Under the pieces are notes generated by a model. The model saw only the letters and a program-made list of their open reading frames with translations, was not told where the DNA came from and searched no databases. From an uncultured Bacteroidales bacterium (GTDB taxonomy: Bacteria; Bacteroidota; Bacteroidia; Bacteroidales; Paludibacteraceae): a stretch of 64,000 nucleotides of DNA. Shown here piece by piece: positions 20,018-28,432 of the stretch. Position 1 is the first letter of the stretch. Each line of letters starts with the position of its first letter. The position numbers were made by a program, and so were the translations under genes. Location of the stretch: NCBI GenBank assembly GCA_945827635.1, contig CALZOG010000001.1, positions 2,567 to 66,566 of the forward strand. Direction: 5' to 3'.

Positions 20018-20272
20018 TTAGGCGAGTTTGTTAATATAACGGGCCAATTTCGATTTGAGGTTGGCTGCTTTGTTGTCATGAATGATGTTACGCTTCGCCA
20101 GCTTGTCGAGCATTGAACTTACCTTGGGCAGCATAGCTGCGGCAGCAGCCTTGTCGCTCGTAGCGCGCAAATCGCGAACGGCGTTGCGGGCGGTCTTTGC
20201 ATAGTAATGATTGCGAGCCTTGCGGGTCGCGGTCTGACGAATACGTTTCAGTGATGATTTGTGGTTTGCCAT
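20018..20272 (-). CDS. rpsT: 30S ribosomal protein S20
   Basis: [24 protein letters not shown]... is the typical S20 N-terminus. 84 aa. Start trimmed to the ATG at 20272. Confidence 0.9.
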   Translation of the reverse strand: MANHKSSLKRIRQTATRKARNHYYAKTARNAVRDLRATSDKAAAAAMLPKVSSMLDKLAKRNIIHDNKAANLKSKLARYINKLA

Positions 20273-20382
20273 CTTTGTAATGAGGGTATGCAACCCTCTG
20301 ATTTTTGTTTGTTAGTGTTAAATGTTTACATTTACACGATCTTGCTAAAACCTTAGCCAACAAGATTCTTAAGAGAGGAAAG

Positions 20383-20457
20383 TGGTAGTCCATAGCAGAG
20401 TCGAACTGCTCTTTAGAGAATGAAAATCTCTCGTCCTAACCGATAGACGAATGGACC
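20383..20457 (-). tRNA. tRNA-Glu: tRNA-Glu (anticodon UUC)
   Basis: Hand-folded cloverleaf. Acceptor GGTCCAT/ATGGACT (G1-U72), D-arm GTCT-ATCGGTTA-GGAC, anticodon arm AGAGA-TTTTCAT-TCTCT (UUC), T-arm AGCAG-TTCGACT-CTGCT, and an encoded ACCA end. The TTCGTCTA segment resembles E. coli tRNA-Glu. Confidence 0.85.
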
Positions 20458-20534
20458 GTCACGTTCGGCAAACTGCGCTAACGAACCGGGGAGTTGAGTA
20501 CCTCAAATCAGTGCATTGAAGCCGAAAGCGGGTG

Positions 20535-20542
20535 CAAAAGTA
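20535..20542 (-). promoter_or_regulatory. -7 promoter box (TACTTTTG) upstream of tRNA-Glu/rpsT
   Basis: TAnnTTTG on the minus strand, 78 nt upstream of the tRNA 5' end, in an AT-rich spacer shared with a divergent promoter. Confidence 0.45.
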
Positions 20543-20625
20543 CAAATTTATTTTCAATTATGCAAATTTTATTATAAAAAAAATAGATTTTTGCCTGCTT
20601 ATTTGCACATTTGATTTATTTTTTG

Positions 20626-20633
20626 TATCTTTG
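20626..20633 (+). promoter_or_regulatory. -7 promoter box (TATCTTTG)
   Basis: TAnnTTTG, 29 nt upstream of the ATG at 20662. Confidence 0.55.
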
Positions 20634-20661
20634 CATGTCAAAATATGACTTTTATATGCAA

Positions 20662-21444
20662 ATGAACAGCAAGTTTACCATCGTAAGTATATTATGTGTG
20701 TGCACGTTAGGCGTTGTACGTCCCGTGCATGCGCAGGAGAAATCCATCAAGGATGCAGGTCTTGAGCAGCACGACTTTTTCGACCCGACCCGCACCGACA
20801 AGGTTGAGGAGAACTATTCGTTCGGCATCGCCTATCATGTTGAGGGCGGTTATGCACAGGATCATCAGCGAATGACCAGCGATACAATCAGTGCTTTGTT
20901 TCTGCACGGCGCACGTGTCGGCGGGCAGATAGAGATGTTTCTGCCCAAGCGCTTTTCGTTGAACATAGGACTATTGTACAGTGTGTTGTACGGAGTGAGC
21001 CGTCAGCACTATCACTCTGTCAGCAGCGAGCAGGTGCAGGCGGAGGTGCTGAACAACCATATAGTCGAGCACGCGCTCACTATACCCGTGCGCGTACAAT
21101 ATAATATACCGCTGTGGAAACAACTGAGCATGCACCTGTATGGCGGACCGCAACTGATGGTCGGACTGGCTCAGACTGATTATGTCGATGCGCAGGTCAG
21201 TCCCGACACCCGTGAATGGCTGCTCGCACAAGGCAAACATCTTGATACCTACGACAAGTACATAGCTAAAGAACTTTTCCGCACCAATTTCATGCTCGGC
21301 GTGGGCGGAGGTTTTACTTGGGACCGTTACCGCCTGGAGGCAGGCTATGACTTCGGACTGAACAACCTGATCCGCACACCCGTCTATAGCAAGGACCGCA
21401 TGGCGGAGTGGCAATGGCACGTCAGTTTCGTATATACGCTCTAA
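20662..21444 (+). CDS. outer membrane beta-barrel (porin-family-like) protein
   Basis: Signal peptide MNSKFTIVSILCVCTLGVVRPVHAQ. Alternating beta-strand pattern. C-terminal ...WQWHVSFVYTL. Start moved downstream of the promoter box (an alternative ATG is at 20656). Confidence 0.65.
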   Translation: MNSKFTIVSILCVCTLGVVRPVHAQEKSIKDAGLEQHDFFDPTRTDKVEENYSFGIAYHVEGGYAQDHQRMTSDTISALFLHGARVGGQIEMFLPKRFSLNIGLLYSVLYGVSRQHYHSVSSEQVQAEVLNNHIVEHALTIPVRVQYNIPLWKQLSMHLYGGPQLMVGLAQTDYVDAQVSPDTREWLLAQGKHLDTYDKYIAKELFRTNFMLGVGGGFTWDRYRLEAGYDFGLNNLIRTPVYSKDRMAEWQWHVSFVYTL

Positions 21445-21483
21445 CCGCGCTGAATAATGAAAGCACGCTGGGCGGGGTAAGTC

Positions 21484-22305
21484 TTATTTCTTTCTCGTCA
21501 TATCCAGATTGATAGACCCGATGCTGAAACGCATCGTGTTGCCGTTGGGCGTAGTGAACGGCAGTCCGAGATCGGTGTTCAGGTCTTTTGTGTCCGGCAC
21601 AATCACGCCTCTGCCTGCGTACAGACTGTACCATATATCCGCCGTACCTGTAGTAGGCAGGCTATCGAGCATTTCTCCCCACGCAATATCTTCGGGCAGC
21701 ATATCCGCCCAACCCGTACTGTCGCTCTCGCTGCCGGTGGTGCCCTGCTGTGCGGCGGTAATCATCTCAATCATTTCAGCCAGTTGGGCAGAGTCGGGGA
21801 TATTGAACGTCATAGTGCACACCAGTCGGTCGTCAATCACGGCGTCCAGCAAGCGAATAGACAAATAATCATTGATACGATACGACATCCGCCACTCACC
21901 TTTCAGCGATTTAGGCGCATGCTTGACTTCCGGCTGACGGATATACACCATTGTATCCGTACTGCTTCCGAGCCAAAGCGAGTCGCGCCCGTTGGTGCGC
22001 AGCCAAACTACGCTGTCACCCATATACAACACGCCCGTGCCCGTAGAGTCAATATACTCCGCCACCACCTCCGGTCGGGCAGCAATCATCACCGAGTCAC
22101 GCATCACCAGCGTGGTGACGTATTGGCCGTCGTGCTGACCTTCGGGAAAAACCATCGCAAAGGTGGTGTCCGTGCACACGTAATAACCCTCCTGCAGACT
22201 GATAGACTTGGGCTTGCCGGCCTTGTCGCCACAGGAGGTAAGTGCTGCAATACACAGCAGGATTAGGAAACAGGATAGTTGATTGCTGAATAATGACTGA
22301 CGCAT
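21484..22305 (-). CDS. hypothetical lipoprotein
   Basis: MRQSLFSNQLSCFLILLCIAALTSCGDK carries a lipobox. No family recognised. Start trimmed to the ATG at 22305, 28 nt downstream of a minus-strand TACCTTTG box. Confidence 0.6.
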   Translation of the reverse strand: MRQSLFSNQLSCFLILLCIAALTSCGDKAGKPKSISLQEGYYVCTDTTFAMVFPEGQHDGQYVTTLVMRDSVMIAARPEVVAEYIDSTGTGVLYMGDSVVWLRTNGRDSLWLGSSTDTMVYIRQPEVKHAPKSLKGEWRMSYRINDYLSIRLLDAVIDDRLVCTMTFNIPDSAQLAEMIEMITAAQQGTTGSESDSTGWADMLPEDIAWGEMLDSLPTTGTADIWYSLYAGRGVIVPDTKDLNTDLGLPFTTPNGNTMRFSIGSINLDMTRKK

Positions 22306-22332
22306 AGTATCGAACGATTGAAGTAACGAACG

Positions 22333-22340
22333 CAAAGGTA
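22333..22340 (-). promoter_or_regulatory. -7 promoter box (TACCTTTG) for the lipoprotein gene
   Basis: TAnnTTTG on the minus strand. Divergent with the AraC promoter. Confidence 0.5.
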
Positions 22341-22413
22341 CAAAAAATAATTGAAAAATGCAAATTTGTAGCACTCAAACATGCATAAATTTGCAAATGT
22401 AAGAATATTTTTG

Positions 22414-22421
22414 TATCTTTG
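22414..22421 (+). promoter_or_regulatory. -7 promoter box (TATCTTTG) for the AraC-family gene
   Basis: TAnnTTTG, 24 nt upstream of the ATG at 22445. A TTTG lies about 20 bp upstream in AAATTTGCAAATG. Confidence 0.55.
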
Positions 22422-22444
22422 TGTCTGAGTTTGACGTTACAGAT

Positions 22445-23302
22445 ATGCAACACCGGATTATTTACCCAACCGAGGCTTTGCGGCCGTATGTTTACAGGTA
22501 CGTGTTTGTGCGTGCCGACGGTTCGACGGACACCATGTCACCCCCGGAGGATGATCTGCGTTTCGTTAACGGCAAACATGTTCAGCCTTTGCTGCCCAAC
22601 TACGGCAGTCTGATCTTCATGCGCAACGTGGAGGCTGATCTTGGTGGCACGCGTTGCCGGGGGTTGGTTATGCTGGGTGCCAATCAGCGCACTATTGGTC
22701 TGACTACGCTCAGCGGCTGGTTTGAAGGGATGTTGCTCGACTTTGAGCCGGGGGGAATGCACGCGTTGTTAAACGCTGATCTGCAGCAGTTGGCAGGAAA
22801 AGTGCTGACCGCTGAAGCCTCGGGCGACACAGGGCTGCAGGAGTTGGACCGCATGTTCAAGGCAACACCCGAACCCTCGCAGATAGCCCCTCTGGTAGAT
22901 GCGTTCCTGCTCGGAAATCTGCCGCACAACGAGGATGTGAACTATCTGCGGCTTAGAAAGGTGGTAGCAGCCTGCGATGCAGCCAAGGGCAACATCACTG
23001 CGGCACAGATGGCTGCCGTAGCATGCCTGAGCGAGAGGCAGTTCTTGCGCGTGTTCAGGCAGTACGTAGGTGTCCCCCCAAAGCAGTTTGTGCGACTCAG
23101 ACGTTTTCACCGTACACTGCAGGATATGCAGTCGGCGGTCGGCAAATCCTCTGTTGACTTGTTGGGAATTGCGCTTGCGCATGGATATTACGACTTGAGT
23201 CACATGGCAGCGGAGTTTCAGCAGATGGGATGTGTTTCACCAAGTCAGTTTAGGATGTTGGGAATACCGCTGACAGAGGATTTCTCGGTGTTCTTTGCCT
23301 GA
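22445..23302 (+). CDS. AraC family transcriptional regulator
   Basis: C-terminal double HTH (...ACLSERQFLRVFRQYVGVPPKQFVRLRRF...ALAHGYYDLSHMAAEFQQMGCVSPSQF). The listed GTG start at 22421 overlaps the -7 box, so the ATG at 22445 was chosen. Confidence 0.85.
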   Translation: MQHRIIYPTEALRPYVYRYVFVRADGSTDTMSPPEDDLRFVNGKHVQPLLPNYGSLIFMRNVEADLGGTRCRGLVMLGANQRTIGLTTLSGWFEGMLLDFEPGGMHALLNADLQQLAGKVLTAEASGDTGLQELDRMFKATPEPSQIAPLVDAFLLGNLPHNEDVNYLRLRKVVAACDAAKGNITAAQMAAVACLSERQFLRVFRQYVGVPPKQFVRLRRFHRTLQDMQSAVGKSSVDLLGIALAHGYYDLSHMAAEFQQMGCVSPSQFRMLGIPLTEDFSVFFA

Positions 23303-23372
23303 AACCTTTCGTTTTTCACCTTTCATCTTAAACAATGTCCGATTTTTCCTTTCAAATATACAAAAAAAGCCG

Positions 23373-23380
23373 TACCTTTG
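23373..23380 (+). promoter_or_regulatory. -7 promoter box (TACCTTTG) for the TonB-dependent receptor
   Basis: TAnnTTTG, 32 nt upstream of the ATG at 23412. Confidence 0.5.
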
Positions 23381-23411
23381 CACCGCTTTTTAATCAATTC
23401 AACTTATCACT

Positions 23412-25955
23412 ATGCGAAAGATCATACTTAGTTTGCTGCTTTTGATTGCTGTCAGTGCTGTGGCTCAGCAGACCATCAAAGGTACCGTAACCGACTCACG
23501 CGGCGATACTATGCCGTTTGTAACAATCTCTGTACTCACGCAGGACTCTGCCCTTATTACCGGCACAATCACCGACGAGCAAGGCAAGTACAATATCCAA
23601 CTGCCGCCTTCCAACACTCAACCCTCAACTCTCAACACTCAACCCTACATTATCCAGGCTTCGTACGTTGGCTATCAGACAGCCTGCGGCGGACCGAACT
23701 TTGTGCTGAAGGAGGAAACCGAGCATCTCGCTGAAGTAGAGGTGAAAGCCAAGCGACCGCTCATCGAACGCCAGATGGACAAACTCGTACTGAACGTCAG
23801 TCAGTCGCCGCTATCCGCCGGCTCCAACGGCAACGACATACTTCGCCGTGCACCCGGAGTGCGCATCGACAAGGACGGCAACATAACCGTCAATGGCAAA
23901 AGCGTGGAGGTGTATGTGGACGGCAAGCCTTCCTACCTGAGCGGACAGCAACTCAAAGCCATGCTCGACGGAACGGACGGCAATACGATAGAGAAGATTG
24001 AGATCATCAGCAACCCATCCGCCAAGTACGACGCCAGCGGACAGGGAGGTATAATCAATATCAAAACCAAGCGGAACATGATGCGCGGACTGAACGGTAT
24101 GCTCAGTGCCTCCTACGGAGGAATGTACTTCGGCGATGTCAAACGCTGGCTGCAGATGGATATGGTGTCGCTCAACCTCAATTACCGCGGCGAGAAAACG
24201 TACACCTTCGGCCAGCTCACACAGGTGTTTGCCGAGAATGACATCGACTTTGAGTCCGGACGCACGCTGCCTGCCACTGCCACCAACCCGGCTATCGAGA
24301 GCTACTCGCTCTCAGGCTACGACCTGAAGTTTCAATACTACATGCTCAAACTCGGCAACGACTGGTACATCGACTCTCTGAACACCTTCGGATTTATCCT
24401 CCAAGTGCCGTTTATGACTACCGACCAGCGGATCATCGATGGTCGCAACTACGCCTATACCATAGCTGGCACCGACACCACGCGCAGCACTACCACCTCG
24501 CAAAACACGATGCGCGCACCGCAACACACCGCTAACCTCAACTTCACCCACACCTTCAACGAGGATCTGCAGCGCGAACTGACCGTCAACGTCGATTACA
24601 ACCGTTACCGCACACGCTCGCACAACTTCCAGCAGACGGATTATATTGGCGTGCGCACCATAGGTTTGGATATCAACACCGGGCAGGTGGCGGATATCTA
24701 CAGCGGCAAACTCGACTTCCAGACAAAGTTCTGGAAGACGGGCATGCTGGAGTGCGGCGTGAAGTACGCACTCTCAACCACTGACAACAATATGACCACT
24801 GACTCCCTGCTCAACGGCTCACACCTGAGTCAGACACCTTCTAACTTCCGCTACGACGAGCACGTTGCCGCTGCCTATATCAGCGCCGGCAAGCAGTTTG
24901 GCGAACACTGGTCGGTCAAAATCGGTCTACGTGGCGAATATACATACAGTTACGGCAACTGGCTCAGCGCAGACTCGGTCACGCGTAAGTCGTACTTCGA
25001 CCCGTTCCCCACAGCCTATGTCGGATATACCAGCAGCCCGCTGGGGAAGATTGCTCAGCCGATTAGCGTCAGCCTCTCGTACACACGCCGAATAAAGCGA
25101 CCTAACTACTGGATGCTCAACCCGTTCGTCACCTACGTCGATGCCTACTCATCTCAGATGGGTAACACCAACCTCACCCCGGAGTTCAACAACGACGTGG
25201 AAGTTAACTTCTCCTGGACGCAGTACCTGAACATGACCTTCAACTTCGCGCATACCCAGGATATGTTCTCGCAGAAAACCACTCTTCTGCCCAACGGCAC
25301 AGGTTACACCCAGTGGACGAACTTCGGTACCTGCACCACTCACGGCGGCAATATTTCACTCACCGAACTGCCTATCGTTCCCAAATTTTCAAACAGCGAC
25401 AGCGATCCAACGTCCAACAGCGCCAGCGGTCAAACAGCGAAGCGATCCGTCGTTGGTGCCTGGCTCGCTCTGACTGTCAATGCCGGCTACTACCATTTCC
25501 TCAACCGCTCCTATGAGAAGCAGGCTGACGGCACGCCGGTCTATCAACTCGGCAGCCACTACGGATACGCCGGAGGCACACTCTCCGCCTATCTGCCAAA
25601 GAACTGGATTATCACCCTCGACGGCAACTGGTCCGCGCCAATAACCACGGGCTACGACCGGCAGGGGAGCACGTTCTACATGAATTTCGGAGTAAGAAAA
25701 ATGTGGATGGAGAAAGGTTTGATTTTCAACCTCAATGTCCAGGATCTCGCACGTTCCATGCGATTCTCGTCAACCAACATGGGGCAACAACCCGGCTACA
25801 GCAGTTGGAGCAGCAATACGATCCGCCAGCAGCGTGTCACGCTGTCTGTAGCATGGATGTTCGGTCAGTACCAGCAGCACAAGCAGCGTAAGGTCGGTGA
25901 GATGGACGAAGCCGGACGTCTCGGAGGTGGCGGAGGTATGCAGACCGGCAAATAA
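23412..25955 (+). CDS. TonB-dependent receptor / outer membrane beta-barrel family protein
   Basis: 847 aa. Signal peptide, CarboxypepD_reg-like N-terminus (IKGTVTDSRGDTMPFVTISV...ASYVGYQT), plug-like region (ILRRAPGVRIDKDGNITVNGK), and a long barrel. Next to an AraC regulator. Confidence 0.85.
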   Translation: MRKIILSLLLLIAVSAVAQQTIKGTVTDSRGDTMPFVTISVLTQDSALITGTITDEQGKYNIQLPPSNTQPSTLNTQPYIIQASYVGYQTACGGPNFVLKEETEHLAEVEVKAKRPLIERQMDKLVLNVSQSPLSAGSNGNDILRRAPGVRIDKDGNITVNGKSVEVYVDGKPSYLSGQQLKAMLDGTDGNTIEKIEIISNPSAKYDASGQGGIINIKTKRNMMRGLNGMLSASYGGMYFGDVKRWLQMDMVSLNLNYRGEKTYTFGQLTQVFAENDIDFESGRTLPATATNPAIESYSLSGYDLKFQYYMLKLGNDWYIDSLNTFGFILQVPFMTTDQRIIDGRNYAYTIAGTDTTRSTTTSQNTMRAPQHTANLNFTHTFNEDLQRELTVNVDYNRYRTRSHNFQQTDYIGVRTIGLDINTGQVADIYSGKLDFQTKFWKTGMLECGVKYALSTTDNNMTTDSLLNGSHLSQTPSNFRYDEHVAAAYISAGKQFGEHWSVKIGLRGEYTYSYGNWLSADSVTRKSYFDPFPTAYVGYTSSPLGKIAQPISVSLSYTRRIKRPNYWMLNPFVTYVDAYSSQMGNTNLTPEFNNDVEVNFSWTQYLNMTFNFAHTQDMFSQKTTLLPNGTGYTQWTNFGTCTTHGGNISLTELPIVPKFSNSDSDPTSNSASGQTAKRSVVGAWLALTVNAGYYHFLNRSYEKQADGTPVYQLGSHYGYAGGTLSAYLPKNWIITLDGNWSAPITTGYDRQGSTFYMNFGVRKMWMEKGLIFNLNVQDLARSMRFSSTNMGQQPGYSSWSSNTIRQQRVTLSVAWMFGQYQQHKQRKVGEMDEAGRLGGGGGMQTGK
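23610..23644. repeat. NCTCAAC heptad repeats inside the TonB-dependent receptor gene
   Basis: TTCCAAC ACTCAAC CCTCAAC TCTCAAC ACTCAAC, translated as ...PSNTQPSTLNTQP... within the N-terminal beta-sandwich domain. Confidence 0.7.
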
Positions 25956-25989
25956 CAGAATCTACGGTTCAGTAAGCCGCATTTTTGAA

Positions 25990-26838
25990 TCAATACTCGA
26001 CATGCTTGGCGCCTACAGGCGAGCCCAGGAACAGTGTCGCTGAATCCGCGAACTTGTCGGAATCATCGGTGGTGAGGTACGTACACTCACCACCTTTTTG
26101 TAGCCGTTGTTCAATCTCCGGATGGCGTCGCAGATAATCTTTCAGACTCTGCGCCACTATCTCGCCTTGGGCAATGGTCTTGCATGTGCTGTGACCGGCA
26201 GCAGCCAACTCAGCCTCTATCGCTGACTGAATAAGCGGATAATGTGTACAACCGAGCAGCAACGTGTCAATCTGTGGGTCGCGACCAATTATCTCCCGCA
26301 CATACTTGCGGATGAAGTACCGCGCTCCTTCTGACTCGTGCTCGCCTGCCTCGATCAGCGGCACCCACATCGGGCACGCCAGTTGGCTGACTACCAACTG
26401 CTTGTACTGTAGTGCACCTTGATACCTCTGCAACGAGTCTTGCTTCTCCAACTCAATCAGATAACTCTCCGACGCCACCGTTCCCGGCGTAGCCAGTACG
26501 CCCACATGACCGCTACGCGTCAGGTGAGGCACCACCTCTACAGTCGGACGAATAACGCCTAACACACGCACTTTTTCCGGATCTATGTCGTGCTGCTGAA
26601 TAGTACGCAAGGCTTTGGCGGAAGCGGTGTTGCACGCAAGGATGATCAGCGTGCAACCTTGCTGCTGCAGATAGTGCACTGCATCCAGCGTATAGTGGTA
26701 GATACACTCGAAAGAACGGGTCCCGTAAGGTGCACGAGCATTGTCACCGAGGTAGATATAATCATACTCCGGCAAGTGCTCACGAATCTCTTTCAAGATC
26801 GTCAGTCCCCCATATCCGCTATCAAATATACCAATCAT
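25990..26838 (-). CDS. murI: glutamate racemase
   Basis: Motifs IGIFDSGYGGLT, LACNTASA and LGCTHYPL (the two catalytic Cys contexts). Confidence 0.92.
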   Translation of the reverse strand: MIGIFDSGYGGLTILKEIREHLPEYDYIYLGDNARAPYGTRSFECIYHYTLDAVHYLQQQGCTLIILACNTASAKALRTIQQHDIDPEKVRVLGVIRPTVEVVPHLTRSGHVGVLATPGTVASESYLIELEKQDSLQRYQGALQYKQLVVSQLACPMWVPLIEAGEHESEGARYFIRKYVREIIGRDPQIDTLLLGCTHYPLIQSAIEAELAAAGHSTCKTIAQGEIVAQSLKDYLRRHPEIEQRLQKGGECTYLTTDDSDKFADSATLFLGSPVGAKHVEY

Positions 26839-26845
26839 TGCTTAT

Positions 26846-26913
26846 TCAGCTATTGCTCCTTATATTGTCAGCTATTGCTCCTTATATTTTCAGCTGTCGC
26901 TCCTTGTGTTTTT
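26846..26913. repeat. 22-23 bp tandem repeat x3 in the murI 5' leader
   Basis: TCAGCTATTGCTCCTTATATTG / TCAGCTATTGCTCCTTATATTTT / CAGCTGTCGCTCCTTGTGTTTTT (third copy degenerate). Starts 8 nt upstream of the murI ATG. Confidence 0.75.
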
Positions 26914-26961
26914 GCTGCTGATTATTGTGTCTCGGCACTTGTGCATAATGCATTTCGCCTA

Positions 26962-26969
26962 CAAAGGTA
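26962..26969 (-). promoter_or_regulatory. -7 promoter box (TACCTTTG) for murI
   Basis: TAnnTTTG on the minus strand, 124 nt upstream of the murI ATG. The leader would contain the tandem repeats. Confidence 0.45.
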
Positions 26970-27032
26970 CAAAAAATAATGCAATTTTCCAAATTTTTGT
27001 AAGATTTATTTGCATATTTCATTTTTTTATTG

Positions 27033-27040
27033 TAACTTTG
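27033..27040 (+). promoter_or_regulatory. orphan -7 promoter box (TAACTTTG) with no ORF downstream
   Basis: TAnnTTTG preceded by an AT-rich region with TTTGCATATTT. The next credible start codon is 440 nt away and has its own box. Confidence 0.45.
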
Positions 27041-27046
27041 CACTCG

Positions 27047-27333
27047 AAATTCTGCTTGCTGCGGCTGATTCCCGCTACGTGTAGATTTTCGGACATAATA
27101 TATAGCGTTTATTGACGCTTTGCGTTTGGCAAAACGAAACTTCGCAACTTTCGATGATTAAAGCCCGAAGCAAAGTAGCAATAGATGCCTATGGATATGA
27201 CTTTATATGATGCTTTGTTTTTGTAACATTGCTTTTTTTGTCATATCAGCGTAGGTTTCCTGTTGTTTATTTGGCTTTAGGGTAATGCGAAGACCTCGTT
27301 TTGCAATTAAGCAACAGCGAGGTCTACGCTTTT
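27047..27333 (+). ncRNA. candidate small non-coding RNA or long regulatory leader (function unknown)
   Basis: Bounded by the orphan promoter box (27033-27040) and a plus-oriented intrinsic terminator (27287-27333). The longest ORF I could read on either strand is about 25 codons. Several local hairpins are present (AGCGT-TTATTG-ACGCT, CGTTT-GGCA-AAACG). Confidence 0.3.
27287..27333 (+). terminator. intrinsic terminator (12-bp stem with one mismatch, plus T-tract)
   Basis: GCGAAGACCTCG ... CGAGGTCTACGC followed by TTTT. The T-tract is present only on the plus strand. Confidence 0.6.
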
Positions 27334-27431
27334 ATGTGTGCCTGTAAATATATAAATACAACTTAATATGATGACAAACAATATATTTTGAAATATATTG
27401 CAAAAATATAACGAATATAAAGTGTTTTTCG

Positions 27432-27439
27432 TAACTTTG
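27432..27439 (+). promoter_or_regulatory. -7 promoter box (TAACTTTG)
   Basis: TAnnTTTG, 43 nt upstream of the ATG at 27482. Confidence 0.5.
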
Positions 27440-27481
27440 CGAGTATTAACCAGCCTGCATACAGGCATTAAATTTATTAAG

Positions 27482-28432
27482 ATGAAAAAATTATTGTTCT
27501 TATCTGTTGCCAGCCTGATGGCAATTACAATGTCCTCTCAGGACGTCATCGTTACCCACGACTCCAAGCGCATTGATGCCAAAGTCGAGGAGGTAAGTAA
27601 GGAATACATTAAGTACCGCAAGGTCAGTAATCCAACAGGCCCCCTGTTTGTTATGAACACAACCGATATCAAACTGATCGTTTACGAAAATGGCGAGATG
27701 CAGTCTTTTGAACAGGACACAACATCTACTGCCACCATGGTGAAGCAAACTATCGAAGAACAACAGGCCAGTCTACTTGAGCCTGCTATTGTTCAGCAAA
27801 ATCAAAACAGCAGCAAAGTCAAGTTTGTCGCGTACGTCGAGGCGGCGCCTATGCTTGGAGGCGAAGTTACGACTGTGCTCACTGGATCACCCGAACCACT
27901 TGGCATCGTGTTGGGCGGCTCATGCGAATCATACACTGCAGGTGCAAAAATCGCTGACTTTGCTTTCATAGGCGCCGGGTTGGGTGTCAATGTAGCCGGT
28001 GGCAAATCCTCTTACTATAATGGAAAAAGCTTGGAACTCTTTGCAGTGAATATTCCCCTTTATGCAGACACACGTTTTTGGATTCCCATTCCATCACAAA
28101 CCTTCCGTCCAACGGTTGAACTGGCTCTCGGTGTATGTTTCCCACTCCGAGCACAAGTACAAATGTCGGACAACTATTTTGCTAATGCCAGCAATACAAG
28201 CAGTAAAAATTCTTCCCTTGCCAGAATTACAAATGGGATAGATACCGTTCACGTTGGACCTATTCCCGATTCATACAGAACAACCGGTGATTATGCGGCT
28301 CTGTTTCGTATCGGTATTGGCGGTGAGTTTAACAGGTTCGTCTTTGGTATTGGCTATGAATTGTGGGGTAATAATTCCGATTGCGACCACTTTGCATTTG
28401 TCAAGTTAGGTGTACGTGTAGGACGGTTGTAA
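27482..28432 (+). CDS. hypothetical secreted / outer-membrane protein
   Basis: Signal peptide MKKLLFLSVASLMAITMSSQ. Gly/Ala-rich beta-strand-like C-terminal half ending ...FAFVKLGVRVGRL. No family recognised. Start trimmed to the ATG at 27482. Confidence 0.6.
   Translation: MKKLLFLSVASLMAITMSSQDVIVTHDSKRIDAKVEEVSKEYIKYRKVSNPTGPLFVMNTTDIKLIVYENGEMQSFEQDTTSTATMVKQTIEEQQASLLEPAIVQQNQNSSKVKFVAYVEAAPMLGGEVTTVLTGSPEPLGIVLGGSCESYTAGAKIADFAFIGAGLGVNVAGGKSSYYNGKSLELFAVNIPLYADTRFWIPIPSQTFRPTVELALGVCFPLRAQVQMSDNYFANASNTSSKNSSLARITNGIDTVHVGPIPDSYRTTGDYAALFRIGIGGEFNRFVFGIGYELWGNNSDCDHFAFVKLGVRVGRL

Noticed and set aside
20458-20534. Possible second tRNA in the leader upstream of tRNA-Glu (a TAGCGCAGTTTG D-loop-like string).
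   Set aside because: No acceptor stem, anticodon arm or T-arm can be folded around it. Only a 5-bp GTTCG/CGAAC hairpin is present.
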